56,133 bases of DNA, taken from positions 1-56,133 of IMG/VR virus record IMGVR_UViG_3300024232_000014. One strand, given 5' to 3'. The translations under genes and the position numbers were made by a program. Positions 43,624 to 52,913 of the stretch are shown here, piece by piece. Under the pieces are notes generated by a model, which was given only the letters and a program-made list of their open reading frames with translations, had not been told where the DNA came from and did not search any database. The DNA comes from a virus (taxonomy: Duplodnaviria; Caudoviricetes). Within the stretch, counting starts at the first letter, position 1; the number at the start of each line of letters is the position of its first letter.

Positions 43624-43841
43624 GACGGCCACTCCTCCTTGATGATGTTCACGCTGTGCGCGGCTGTCATCGATCCGTCTACGTCTCCGTACCAGACCCG
43701 GTGGTCGGAGTTGGCCGGGTTCTTCAGGTGGTCCCTCACCTGGCGGAGAAGATCGTCTTCCGGGCTGACCTGCGACCCCATCTGCTGTGCCGTCCCGCTG
43801 GACTTGCAGGAGCAGGCCCATACGATCAGCCGCACGTTCAC
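43620..43841 (-). CDS. hypothetical protein
   Basis: GTGA overlap; W.CSC...H. Confidence 0.5.
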   Translation of the reverse strand: MNVRLIVWACSCKSSGTAQQMGSQVSPEDDLLRQVRDHLKNPANSDHRVWYGDVDGSMTAAHSVNIIKEEWPS

Positions 43842-44101
43842 GGCAGCGTCTCCCCGTCCGGTCCCATCAGGAGCTGGCCGTGCACCGGGCAGCGTCCGGT
43901 GCCTGCGTCTGCGGTGCCGTCCAGCCAGCCCCTGGCGAACCTGGTGCACGTGCAGAACACGCTCGCGAACTTCACCAGCGCGGCGCGCTCGCGGCGCACC
44001 ATCTCGTTCACCGCATCGTGGTACTGCGCCGCAGCCAGCAGGTACTCGGCGCTCGGCGGTGCCTGCGGTCCCTGCTGGCCGAACAGGCTAGCGAGGTCCA
44101 T
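43838..44101 (-). CDS. hypothetical protein
   Basis: CTC...CPVHG motif. Confidence 0.55.
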   Translation of the reverse strand: MDLASLFGQQGPQAPPSAEYLLAAAQYHDAVNEMVRRERAALVKFASVFCTCTRFARGWLDGTADAGTGRCPVHGQLLMGPDGETLP

Positions 44102-44204
44102 CGGGCCCGCTCCTGCGGTACACGATCAGCGCGGCGGTCATGATGATCAGCGCCGTGCCGCACAGCATGCCGGTGCAGATGACCAGCGCATCCGACCAGC
44201 TCAT
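44088..44204 (-). CDS. small membrane peptide
   Basis: MSWSDALVICTGMLCGTALIIMTAALIVYRR; ATGA overlap. Confidence 0.5.
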   Translation of the reverse strand: MSWSDALVICTGMLCGTALIIMTAALIVYRRSGPDGPR

Positions 44205-44650
44205 AGCCCCTCCCCGAGCACCCGGACGGCCTCGCGCATGTCGGCCGCCGCAACCTCGGGATCGTCCCAGCGCCGCGCAATCTCGTCGCGGACGACGACC
44301 TTCGGGTTCCTGCCCGGCATGCGCAGCGCCGCGCCCTTCATCTGCTCCCAGGTCTCGGTCATGCCGTCCCAGTACAGGACCCCGCCGTGCTGGGACATCT
44401 GGAGCTTCACGCCCGGCCTGATCGGCAGGTTGCGCAGGATCGTGCGGTTCTGCTCGATGTCCTTCTCGGACGCTGCTGCCACGGCGATCTCGGACAGCGG
44501 GTTACGGCTGCGGTAGTGCTTCGCTATCCGCGCCCTGGACTTCTTCTCTGACCTGCGCCTCTGCGGCCCGGTCAGGGTGCGGCTCTGCCCGTTCTGGTGC
44601 GCGTACCGGATCTCCCGGTCGAACGTCCCGAGCCCTGTCGCTGTGCTCAC
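44201..44650 (-). CDS. hypothetical protein
   Basis: GTG at 44650 with GGGAGA RBS. Confidence 0.55.
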   Translation of the reverse strand: MSTATGLGTFDREIRYAHQNGQSRTLTGPQRRRSEKKSRARIAKHYRSRNPLSEIAVAAASEKDIEQNRTILRNLPIRPGVKLQMSQHGGVLYWDGMTETWEQMKGAALRMPGRNPKVVVRDEIARRWDDPEVAAADMREAVRVLGEGL

Positions 44651-44778
44651 CTGATCATCTCCCGTAACATCCTGGTTTCCCGTGAAACGATGTCGCCGCA
44701 CGAGCACGCCCACAGGGTGCTGAACTCGTCGTCCGGGTCCGGCTCGCCGCTGTCGGTGTACTCGTGCTCGTGCGCCAT
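44647..44778 (-). CDS. small hypothetical protein
   Basis: MAHEHEY...WACSCG; GGAGG-like RBS. Confidence 0.5.
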   Translation of the reverse strand: MAHEHEYTDSGEPDPDDEFSTLWACSCGDIVSRETRMLREMIR

Positions 44779-44779
44779 G

Positions 44780-45811
44780 CTACGCGTCCGCCTCGCTGAA
44801 GTCAGCCAGCGTGTACAGCCGCTCCCAGTCGACCGGCCAGGCCCACTGCTGGAACTCCTCCTTGCCGGGCTCGGACAGGTAGGCAAGTTGCCCGGATGTC
44901 ACGTTGGCCACCTGCACGAACGTCCGCAGCAGCTCCGACAGCTCGTCGATCTTGCGCTCGATGCGGTCGAGCACCGTCTCCGGCGGCATCTTCTGGAACA
45001 GCTCCGCTACCGGCATCAGGGGAGCCGTGGACGGCTGGACAGGCGGCGCGGTCTCCCCGGCCCGGCCGATGTACGGCAGGCCGCGCTCGTCGGTGTTCAG
45101 CACGTACTGCTGATTGCCCGGCAGTTGCGGGGTGCCGAACAGCTCGTACTGCGTCTGGCCGCCGGGCGGCGGGCTGGCTGGCCCCTGGATCGATCCAGGA
45201 GCGGTCAGGGCGGCCTCGGGCGGTGCGGGCGAGGGGAACGGGAGGACCTGGGCAGCCTCGGCGGCCCTGGAGCGCTCTGTGCTGCCCGTGGGCTGCGGCC
45301 GGTCCGGGCGGTTGTCATAGGCCGCGACGACGCGCGGGTGGATCTCCAGCGCGAGCACGGCGCTCTTGAACGCCTGGTGCTTCTCGTGGGCGGGGTCCTC
45401 GGCTCCGGCTTCCTTCAGCTCGGTCCTGTGCCTCGCCAGCGCGGCCTCGATGCCCTGCGGCGAGCTGATCCGGCCGGGGGTGATGGCCCGCCAGTGCCTG
45501 GCGTACCAGCCGGTCTCGTTGTCCTGCTCGGTGAACTTCTCCAGCCACTGCCGGAACGTCTCTGCCACTTGTATGTCCTTCTTCCATTGGCCCCACAAGA
45601 ACACAAGGTTCTCGTGGAGAACATCGTAGCGGTCCGGGAACTTCCGCTTGATGAATTTGTCCAGGTTGGCGAGGCCAGCGGCCTGCGGCGGCGGCGTGCC
45701 GTAGCTGTGCGGCCACCGCAGGCTTCCCTCGTTCGAGGCCCGCCCGAGCGGGCTGTCCGGCCAGTAGTCGCGCACGTACGGAATGAACCACTGCTTCCTG
45801 AAGTCTCCCAC
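44780..45811 (-). CDS. hypothetical protein
   Basis: 343 aa; AGGGAGACGGTG start context; Pro-rich linker, C-terminal coiled coil. Confidence 0.65.
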   Translation of the reverse strand: MGDFRKQWFIPYVRDYWPDSPLGRASNEGSLRWPHSYGTPPPQAAGLANLDKFIKRKFPDRYDVLHENLVFLWGQWKKDIQVAETFRQWLEKFTEQDNETGWYARHWRAITPGRISSPQGIEAALARHRTELKEAGAEDPAHEKHQAFKSAVLALEIHPRVVAAYDNRPDRPQPTGSTERSRAAEAAQVLPFPSPAPPEAALTAPGSIQGPASPPPGGQTQYELFGTPQLPGNQQYVLNTDERGLPYIGRAGETAPPVQPSTAPLMPVAELFQKMPPETVLDRIERKIDELSELLRTFVQVANVTSGQLAYLSEPGKEEFQQWAWPVDWERLYTLADFSEADA

Positions 45812-45834
45812 CGTCTCCCTCCGATCTCAGGGCC

Positions 45835-45862
45835 AGTCTACCCGCATCTGGCCTGCCTGCAA
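45835..45862 (-). promoter_or_regulatory. housekeeping-sigma promoter
   Basis: TTGCAG-N16-TAGACT upstream of 45811. Confidence 0.55.
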
Positions 45863-45879
45863 ATACTTGCACGTGCATA

Positions 45880-46158
45880 CAGTTCTTCCGCTTTTCACCT
45901 CGACATATATTTATTTATTACCCCTCTCTCTTCTCCTCTACTTTCTCTACTCTTGGGTTACAAACCGAAAAAAGGAGACAGAAGGTATATAAGACCATGT
46001 TACTGACCAGTAGAGTTGTGTGTAAACCGCAAAAACTGTAGACAGACGAGCAGATGAGCAGGCAGACGAGCAGATCTGCTCACAGTTTTTTCGGTTACAG
46101 GCAGAATGAAAAAGGCCGCACCCAGATGAGCACGGCCTTCTGAAACGGGCAAAACGGA
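45880..46158. other. AT-rich non-coding region, candidate replication origin
   Basis: Most AT-rich stretch in the window; CAGACGAGCAGAT direct repeats, GGTTACA/TGTAAACC motifs; just downstream of helicase. Confidence 0.5.
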
Positions 46159-46401
46159 CTAATCGGGCGGCCTGAACGCTCCGCTGCGCAGCAGCACGGT
46201 CTCCGCGAGCTTGGCCATGCCATACGCCTCGACCGTGGTCAGCCCGTCGGTAGCCCGCACCAGGTAGTTGCAGCCCGCCTCGTTGTCCGGGTCGAACACC
46301 TTCACAATGACGAGCGCGGCCACCGGCTGGATGTCCTCGTCCCCGCTGGCGGTGCGCAGCTCCATGCCGAACACCTCCGCCGCGCTCACCGGACCGACCA
46401 T
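46159..46401 (-). CDS. hypothetical protein
   Basis: P.AALVIVK.......R.TDGL...EA.GM motif. Confidence 0.6.
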   Translation of the reverse strand: MVGPVSAAEVFGMELRTASGDEDIQPVAALVIVKVFDPDNEAGCNYLVRATDGLTTVEAYGMAKLAETVLLRSGAFRPPD

Positions 46402-47903
46402 TCAAGGTTGAGGCGGATGCCGGTGAAGCGCCTCCGGCTCGGCTCGTAGCGGACCCCGTGGTCGGCGAGCTTGGCGTAGAACTCGTTGCGGCCGAGGTAC
46501 GCCAGCCCCTTGGCCCAGTCGCGGTAGGAGTCCCACATCTTGCTGGCTGTGACCTCCCAGAGCTGGTCGCCCTTCTCGCAGCACTCGGCCAGGAAAGCGG
46601 CCACGGTGTCCTGCCCGGCGATGTACTTCTCGGTCTCCATCTCGACGCTCAGCGGCTTCGGTATCCCCGCGTCCCGGAAGTAGCGGATGCACGAGTTGAC
46701 CAGCAGCGCCAGGATGGCCTCGCTCTCCGCCGCGATGACCTGCCGGTCGATGTCCTTGATCATCTCCCATGGCTCAAGCCCCGGACCTCCGGGTATGACC
46801 GCGAACCGCCTGCGCAGCCCGCCGTCGAAGTTGGCAACCGATGGCAAGTCGTTGGTGCACAGGAACAGCAGCCAGCTAACCGGAGTGTCTATCTCCATTT
46901 TTGCGTAGTGCTGATTCACACTGATCACAGGCTCACCAGTAAGACGTTTAACCTGCGCCTCGTCCAATTTCAAACGCGAGGACAGTTCCGATAGCGTAAC
47001 AAGACGTTTACCTCGAACAGAGTTTTCAACACGGGCGTTACGAGCGTGCTGCGTGTGCACGATGAGATCAGACTGAGAGTTATGAGCCAAAGGACCCAGT
47101 ATCTCCGAAACTATCGCCAGCACTTTCGATTTACCGCTACCGGCAGGACCTGCGAGAACAGGAATCAGGTGCTCGCGGTTATCCCCGAGCAGCGAGTACC
47201 CGAGTACCCGCAGCAGGTACTCCGCACTGTCACTGTCTGCGCACACCCGCAGCACCATGCCCCAGAATCGCCGCGCCTCGCAAGCTTTCGAACGCACGTA
47301 CGGGATGTCCAGGCAGTAGCTGATCATGTCGGCCGGATTGTGCCGGCGCACCTCGCCGGTGGCCAGGTTGACGGTGCCGTTGGAGCAGTTGAGGAACCCG
47401 CGCCCGGCGAACTCGAACACCTTGCCGTCCATGCCGCAGATGTCGCGCAGGTAGCTTTTCAGGGCGTTCAGCCCGGCGCTGTTCATGCACCTGTCGGCGA
47501 CCTTCTGCGCAGCCGCCCAGCCGCCTGCCGCCCACCGCTGGCCGAACTCGCGCTCTACCGCGCTCTCCGCAGGCGGGCGGTCCCCGCCTTCCAGGTCCCG
47601 GCGGACCAGCGTCGTGATCTGCGCCTTCGCCCAGCGGAGCATCTCGCGGTACCGCGACGCCCACTCGACCACGATCTTGCCGATCTCGCCGGACATGTCC
47701 GGCCGGTGGCACTTTCCGTCCCAGACGTACCACTTGTCGTCGCCGGGCACGTAGTTCAGCTCCCCGGTACGCTCCCCGATGATCAGGTAGGCGGCGTCCC
47801 GGTCCGATCCGGCCAGCGAGGCGCTCGTGCGTTCCAAGGCCATCTCCCCGTTCTCCCAGAACGCCAGGTACTGCCAGGTGAATCTGGGACCGCGCTCGCT
47901 CAC
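46386..47903 (-). CDS. D5/P4-family primase-associated SF3 helicase
   Basis: WYVWDG, LNC.NG.VNL.TG....H.P, GYSL.G, Walker A GPAGSGKS, G.RLV..SE, K.LTG..I, TN.LP, RR. Confidence 0.9.
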   Translation of the reverse strand: MSERGPRFTWQYLAFWENGEMALERTSASLAGSDRDAAYLIIGERTGELNYVPGDDKWYVWDGKCHRPDMSGEIGKIVVEWASRYREMLRWAKAQITTLVRRDLEGGDRPPAESAVEREFGQRWAAGGWAAAQKVADRCMNSAGLNALKSYLRDICGMDGKVFEFAGRGFLNCSNGTVNLATGEVRRHNPADMISYCLDIPYVRSKACEARRFWGMVLRVCADSDSAEYLLRVLGYSLLGDNREHLIPVLAGPAGSGKSKVLAIVSEILGPLAHNSQSDLIVHTQHARNARVENSVRGKRLVTLSELSSRLKLDEAQVKRLTGEPVISVNQHYAKMEIDTPVSWLLFLCTNDLPSVANFDGGLRRRFAVIPGGPGLEPWEMIKDIDRQVIAAESEAILALLVNSCIRYFRDAGIPKPLSVEMETEKYIAGQDTVAAFLAECCEKGDQLWEVTASKMWDSYRDWAKGLAYLGRNEFYAKLADHGVRYEPSRRRFTGIRLNLEWSVR

Positions 47904-48114
47904 GCCTCAGCGCCAGCCCGCCCGGACACGGGCAATGGTATGTTTCGCATTGTCAAGTTGCCTTCCCGGTGCAGAGGGCGGCTGGCGGGAGAGCGCCGTT
48001 TCTCGATCGCGGCGCTCTCCTGCCGCCCTCGAAGACGGCCAGTGGAGCGATCTTACGCTTTGCCCGGCGTGCAGTCCTCGCAGGCGTAACCGGCCCCGCC
48101 GGGCATTCTCGCGA

Positions 48115-48354
48115 TCAGGTCTCCCGGCTCGATGACGTGCCTTCGGTCCGCCGCGCACAGCCCGTAGTACCGGGCCTCGATCGGCCTGCCTCCGTGAACG
48201 AGGCCCCGTACATGTCGAGCGCGACGCCGACCGCCTCGGTGACTTTCCCTTCCAGGGCAGGTGAGAATTGCGCCGCTCCTTGTCTGTCCAGCGCGTTCCA
48301 GAAGCCCTGCACCGCTGCGGCCTTTGCCGTCCCGCCGCTGCTCTCTTCTTCCAT
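48115..48354 (-). CDS. hypothetical protein (3' end uncertain)
   Basis: TAATG overlap with Prim-Pol; an alternative frame takes over near 48180. Confidence 0.45.
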   Translation of the reverse strand: MEEESSGGTAKAAAVQGFWNALDRQGAAQFSPALEGKVTEAVGVALDMYGASFTEAGRSRPGTTGCARRTEGTSSSRET

Positions 48355-49292
48355 TACCCGTTCTCCCTCTGCCGGAGGTAGCCGAGCACGGAGCGCTCGA
48401 CCGCCGTATCCTCTTCCTCGCGCCGCTTGATGTAGCGGTGCGCGTGCCGTATCACCGTGAGCACCTCTGACCAGGTGAAGCCGCCGCTCTTGTCAGTGGC
48501 CTCCCAGATCTCGCGCATCTCTTCAGTTACCTTACGGTATCCCTCCGCACTCGTGCCCCATTTGCGGAACAGTGAAGCCGCCAGCCGCGACGACACCTCA
48601 TTGCGCGACCCGACGGCCAGCCCGGTCTTCTTCAGCGCCTCCGCCTCGGGCACCTCGGACGTTACTCCCTGCATTCCGGTCGTGCCGGTGCCCGGCGCGT
48701 TCGCCGTCCACTTCTCCGTCCAGTCTGGTGCCGCAGGCAGGGTGCAGGGGCAGCCGGTTTCCCACAGGTACGGTACGATCCGCTCGGTCCCGGCCTGACC
48801 TTCCTCCAGGCGCGGCATCACCAGGCCGGACGGCGGCGCGACGACGTAGCCGCCGTCCGACTTCACGTCCAGGCCGGGCAGCAGGCCGGTCCTGCCCGTC
48901 GCGGAGCCCGCCAGCCACGCGTGCATCCCTCCGCTCGGCGTAGATGACAGCGGTGCCTCCTTCAGGGCCAGCAGCCCGGCTTCCGGAGCCGGGGGCGGCC
49001 CGAGCAGGAACTTCCCGAACTCCTCCATGCCGTTCGCGCCGCCCTTGACGTCGAAGTCGAGCACCACCAGGCCGTCGCCGGTAGCCAGCCCGATGTTGGC
49101 GTGCGGGGTGCGTCCCCACAGGGAGATGATGTCCCAGGGGTTCGAGGTCGCCTCAAGCACCCCCGACCCGCCGCCCATCGGCCTCTTCGAGCCCCTGGCC
49201 AGCGGGAATACCCGGTAGCCCATCTCGGCGTACAGCCGGGCGAAGTCCCCGAGGGTCCTCCGCCCGGCTGCATGCTCCTCGAACGTGTGCAC
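48354..49292 (-). CDS. bifunctional DNA primase/polymerase (Prim-Pol)
   Basis: G.RVFPL...SKRP, ANIGLATG..LVVLDFDVK, TPSGG.H.W, GLDVK..GGYVVAPPS; C-terminal G.RN PriCT-like. Confidence 0.9.
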   Translation of the reverse strand: MHTFEEHAAGRRTLGDFARLYAEMGYRVFPLARGSKRPMGGGSGVLEATSNPWDIISLWGRTPHANIGLATGDGLVVLDFDVKGGANGMEEFGKFLLGPPPAPEAGLLALKEAPLSSTPSGGMHAWLAGSATGRTGLLPGLDVKSDGGYVVAPPSGLVMPRLEEGQAGTERIVPYLWETGCPCTLPAAPDWTEKWTANAPGTGTTGMQGVTSEVPEAEALKKTGLAVGSRNEVSSRLAASLFRKWGTSAEGYRKVTEEMREIWEATDKSGGFTWSEVLTVIRHAHRYIKRREEEDTAVERSVLGYLRQRENG

Positions 49293-49304
49293 GGTTACCC
49301 GAGC

Positions 49305-49526
49305 CTAGACACTGAAGATCGCTTCCAGGTGCAGGTTCTTTCCGGCCCTGATGTGCTCCTCCAGCTTCGCGATGGCCTCCGGGCTGACGCCTTCGGCCGC
49401 CTTGACCAGGCCCGCGATGACCAGCGAGTACATGTCCGCGTCATCGTCGAGCGCCTTGACGGCGGCCTCCGCCGGTACGGTCATGTCCAGGCCGAACCCG
49501 TAAATCCGGTCTTTGGCCATCCTCAT
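49305..49526 (-). CDS. hypothetical protein
   Basis: Fills gap in minus-strand operon. Confidence 0.55.
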   Translation of the reverse strand: MRMAKDRIYGFGLDMTVPAEAAVKALDDDADMYSLVIAGLVKAAEGVSPEAIAKLEEHIRAGKNLHLEAIFSV

Positions 49527-49531
49527 CGCCG

Positions 49532-50464
49532 TTACTCCTCGTCGCCGTCGGTGTCCGGCACCCAGGCGACCAGGCGCTCGCGGATTTCCGCTGACTCCTC
49601 GTCGACCACCTGGAGCTGGAGCATGTCGGTGACGCCCTCGCAGGCCTCCCTGATGGCGTCGGCCAGGTCCTGCGGCTGCATGGCCTCCGCCTGGACCGTC
49701 TCGTCCATGTGCTCGCCACGGTTGTCGGTGGCCTTCTGCGGCGCGCTCGGCAGCCCGAACTCCTCGATCTGCTCCGGGGTGACGGCGATCCGCTTGAACT
49801 CCGGCTCATGGTAGGAGCCGAGACCGTCCATGAACGCGGTGATGTCGGCCGCCAGGGCGTCCAGGATGGACAGGCCGGACGGGTCGTAGTCGCCTACGTG
49901 CAGGATGGTGACCGGCTTGCGGGCCCGGTAGAGCCGCTGCGCGGTCATGAACTTGTCGGTGACCGAGTTGAATCCCCCGGCCGAGTAGACGTTGATGCCG
50001 AAGTCGCGCGCTACCCGCGCGGCCTGGCCGACCATGCCGGAGGCCTTCACCCACAGCTCGGCGTGCGTTGCCTGGCCGTTGCGCTTGTGCAGCTCGAAGC
50101 TCTCCGCCCAGGACCTGACCGAGGCGTAGAAGCTGCCCTCCGACGACCAGCCGCCTGCTGCCTCGCTAGCCGTCCCGTCGTCGCGGATGGCGAACCAGTC
50201 GATCATGCCCGCGCGCCGCGCCCGGTTCAGCTTCTCGCACAGCGCGGCGTAGCTCTGCTCGGTCTTCGGGTAGTGGTACTGGCCGACCAGGTAGTAGAAG
50301 ATCTGCCGGGCGGTCAGCGGCAGGAACTCGCGGTAGCTGCGCAGGATGGCGTTCACCTGCGCCACCAGCGCGAGCGTGTCCTCCTTCGGCGACCAGGGCG
50401 CGAACCCGCGCACCCGCGCCGAGGTGTAGGTCCGCCCTGAGACGGTCTCCTCGTAAGCTGGCAT
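49532..50464 (-). CDS. Topo VI-A/Spo11-like winged-helix plus TOPRIM protein
   Basis: LT.RQIFY.LV, AR..G.I.W..I.D, ELWV(K), GF.S, ILH.GDYDPSG, RIA.T.EQI....LP. Confidence 0.75.
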   Translation of the reverse strand: MPAYEETVSGRTYTSARVRGFAPWSPKEDTLALVAQVNAILRSYREFLPLTARQIFYYLVGQYHYPKTEQSYAALCEKLNRARRAGMIDWFAIRDDGTASEAAGGWSSEGSFYASVRSWAESFELHKRNGQATHAELWVKASGMVGQAARVARDFGINVYSAGGFNSVTDKFMTAQRLYRARKPVTILHVGDYDPSGLSILDALAADITAFMDGLGSYHEPEFKRIAVTPEQIEEFGLPSAPQKATDNRGEHMDETVQAEAMQPQDLADAIREACEGVTDMLQLQVVDEESAEIRERLVAWVPDTDGDEE

Positions 50465-50947
50465 CTAGCTCTCCTTCTCTGCGGTCAGCGGCCCGGACAC
50501 CAGGCGGCCCTCGCCAGCCCAGCCGGGATTTACCTGGTACCACTGCCCGGCGAACTCCTCATCGGAAGGACCGGGCACCTCTCTGATCATGATCTCGGCG
50601 TAGAACCTGCCGAGCTTCCTGTGGTCTTGCCGCAGGTTGGGCTGGGCGGTCCACTGCTCGGCGACCGCCAGCGCCCTGCCCGGCCCGAAGAACTGCCGGG
50701 CCTCCCAGAACGCGGTGTGCAGGATCTGCTCGCGGGTGTCGCCGCTCCCGCGCACGTGCACCCAGTCCTGCCCTGGCGCGTACGGGACGGACTCCAGCGA
50801 CTTGGCCTGGCTGATGTGCGCGGCCAGCAGGCCGTGCAAGAGCAGCTCTATGGTGATGTTGGGAGCGTCCGGGTGGCTTTTGGTGCCGTGTTCGTTGACA
50901 AGCTGCCAGACCTGCTCGGCCTCGTCTATGTATTTGAAGTTGGTCAT
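50465..50947 (-). CDS. hypothetical protein
   Basis: ATG at 50947 (ATGA overlap). Confidence 0.55.
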   Translation of the reverse strand: MTNFKYIDEAEQVWQLVNEHGTKSHPDAPNITIELLLHGLLAAHISQAKSLESVPYAPGQDWVHVRGSGDTREQILHTAFWEARQFFGPGRALAVAEQWTAQPNLRQDHRKLGRFYAEIMIREVPGPSDEEFAGQWYQVNPGWAGEGRLVSGPLTAEKES

Positions 50948-51351
50948 CTCTCTGTGCCGTCTCCGAGTGAGTAGTAGTGCTTGTATCCCTGGTAGCGGCG
51001 CTGGATCATGCCGCGCTTCAGCATGTGACTGAACAGCCACCGCCCGTAGCTGCGGGCAACGGGCGAATCAGGGAAGAAGAGCCTGTTCAGCTCCCTGACC
51101 TCTGTCTCGCCGTGCAGCCGCAGGTGCTCGGTGATGTGGCGCGGATCGCACCCGGCGTGCCGAAACTCGTGCTCGTCGGCCTTCCGCTCGGCTTCGCGCC
51201 TGGTAGCCAGGTCGCTCGCGATAATCGGTTCCTGCTCCTGGTCGAAGCACCAGCCGCAGTAGGCGAACCAGGTGCCGTTGCTCTCCTGCGCGACGTCGGC
51301 AGGCGGGCGGATGCCGTGGTATCCGTTACGGAATGTAGCGTCCCGTACCAA
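50944..51351 (-). CDS. hypothetical protein, possible C-terminal winged helix
   Basis: W.A.C..C...A...A..H module, then I..HL...GE...L..M.KRG.I......Y.L. Confidence 0.55.
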   Translation of the reverse strand: MVRDATFRNGYHGIRPPADVAQESNGTWFAYCGWCFDQEQEPIIASDLATRREAERKADEHEFRHAGCDPRHITEHLRLHGETEVRELNRLFFPDSPVARSYGRWLFSHMLKRGMIQRRYQGYKHYYSLGDGTER

Positions 51352-51453
51352 TTCATCATCTCCCTGTGCGGTGCTCGTGCGGCCTGCCGCACTACCAAGC
51401 TACAGGCCGCAGGGCGTATGATGCAAACAGGCAAGTAAGGGAGAGGATGAGGC

Positions 51454-52011
51454 TTGAGCGACCTGTTCGTTTACGAGAACCGGCGTCCTGGCAGCACTCG
51501 CGGCGAGCCGCTGGAGCGGTTCGAGATCGAGGGCACGCTGATCGGCCACGGCGACAACCGTGACGAGGAACGCACCCACTGGGTTGACGTCGATGTGTTC
51601 CGGCTGTCCGAGAGCGGCAAGCTGGCGACGCACCGCGCCGGCATGTCCCTGGTCTACCACCGCTACGGCAACGACACCTGCAAGCTGGCCAACGGCAGGC
51701 CCAAGGGCCTCCAGGCGCTGCCGGAGGACCTGCCCGAGGGCGCGGTGAGCTGCGATGTGTGCAAGCCGCCGTGGCCGGAGGACCTGACCGGGGGCGACGA
51801 GATCTGGTTCGAGTTCCCCAGGCACTCGGTCAAGGTCCTGGCCACGGCCGAGGAAACGGTGCGCGACCTGTTCGAGATCCGGGGCAAGAGCGCGGTTGCA
51901 GGGGCATCGCGCGCTATCCAGTTCGGCTCCCCGGCACTGCGGGCGCTGGCGCAGTGCAGGGAGAACGACCCGGAGTTCGCCACCATCGAAGATGTCATCA
52001 GGATCAGCTAG
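51454..52011 (+). CDS. hypothetical protein
   Basis: First gene of rightward operon; GGGAGAGG RBS. Confidence 0.6.
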   Translation: MSDLFVYENRRPGSTRGEPLERFEIEGTLIGHGDNRDEERTHWVDVDVFRLSESGKLATHRAGMSLVYHRYGNDTCKLANGRPKGLQALPEDLPEGAVSCDVCKPPWPEDLTGGDEIWFEFPRHSVKVLATAEETVRDLFEIRGKSAVAGASRAIQFGSPALRALAQCRENDPEFATIEDVIRIS

Positions 52012-52029
52012 CAAAGGGAGAAGATACCC

Positions 52030-52293
52030 ATGGGCAACCCCACCAACTGCAAGCACGAGGACTGCGAGAACCAGGCCACCGAGGTCCTGGTCACCATGCC
52101 GAGCATGGACATGGTGCTCGACGGCGCGGTCACCGCGAACTTCCTGTGCGGGAAGGACGGCCACACCGCCAAGAACCTGGCCGCCTCGATCCGCCACTAC
52201 GACAAGAACGCCCTGGTCTGGGTCTTCATGGTGGCCGAGCCGGTCACCGACGGGACGGTGTACGCGGCACTAGCGACAGGCGCGACGGCATGA
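52030..52293 (+). CDS. hypothetical protein
   Basis: AGGGAGA RBS; C....C...A.....LC..H. Confidence 0.55.
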   Translation: MGNPTNCKHEDCENQATEVLVTMPSMDMVLDGAVTANFLCGKDGHTAKNLAASIRHYDKNALVWVFMVAEPVTDGTVYAALATGATA

Positions 52294-52913
52294 GGCCCTC
52301 ACCTAACCCCGCGCGGGCCCAGAAGGGACTGTACGACTTCCCGCGTCCGGGCGATTTCGCGGTCATCAACACCGGGACGAGCACCACCGGGCTGATCACC
52401 GGGCTGGAGAAGCTCGATGACCTGGTGGAGCACCGGCCGCTCGACTACAGCGACTTCGACCATGCCGTGGTGTGCACCGCGCCGGGCGAGCGCAATGCGG
52501 ACGGCACCTGGCTGAAGGTCCCGGCGATCGTCGAGGCCGAGCCGCACGGCGCGGTGCTGCGCGGCTGGCACTACGAGAACCGGCCGCACATGTGGTCGGC
52601 CGGGCTGATCACGCTGACCGCCAGCCAGCGGATGGACATCGCCGTCTCGGCCGCGCACAAGGCTGACGCGCACGTCGGCTACGGCTGGCTTGACTACGGC
52701 GCGCTGGTGGCGCACGCGCTGCACCTGCCCGTCCCCGGCCTGCGCGGCTTCATCAAGCGGTCCGACCGGCTGATCTGCTCCCAGCTCGTGGACGTCTGCT
52801 ACCAGGAGGCGGGCGTCGAGCTGTTCGACGACAAGCGCTGGAACGGCTACGTCAAGCCGTCCGACCTGGGCATGCTGCTCAACAAGCTGCGCAGGCAGTA
52901 CTTCCTGTCATGA
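52290..52913 (+). CDS. permuted papain-like (NlpC/P60, YaeF/YiiX-type) hydrolase
   Basis: ATG at 52290; PGD, DHA, IVEA...G, Y...Y, ICSQLV..CY..AG, V.P.DL (His precedes Cys). Confidence 0.8.
   Translation: MRPSPNPARAQKGLYDFPRPGDFAVINTGTSTTGLITGLEKLDDLVEHRPLDYSDFDHAVVCTAPGERNADGTWLKVPAIVEAEPHGAVLRGWHYENRPHMWSAGLITLTASQRMDIAVSAAHKADAHVGYGWLDYGALVAHALHLPVPGLRGFIKRSDRLICSQLVDVCYQEAGVELFDDKRWNGYVKPSDLGMLLNKLRRQYFLS

Noticed and set aside
45880-46158. CRISPR array or mini-array
   Set aside because: Repeats are short, only two or three copies, without regular spacers
49532-50464. Wadjet JetD or a complete topoisomerase VI
   Set aside because: No jetABC or topo VI-B genes nearby; only the shared TOPRIM fold is supported
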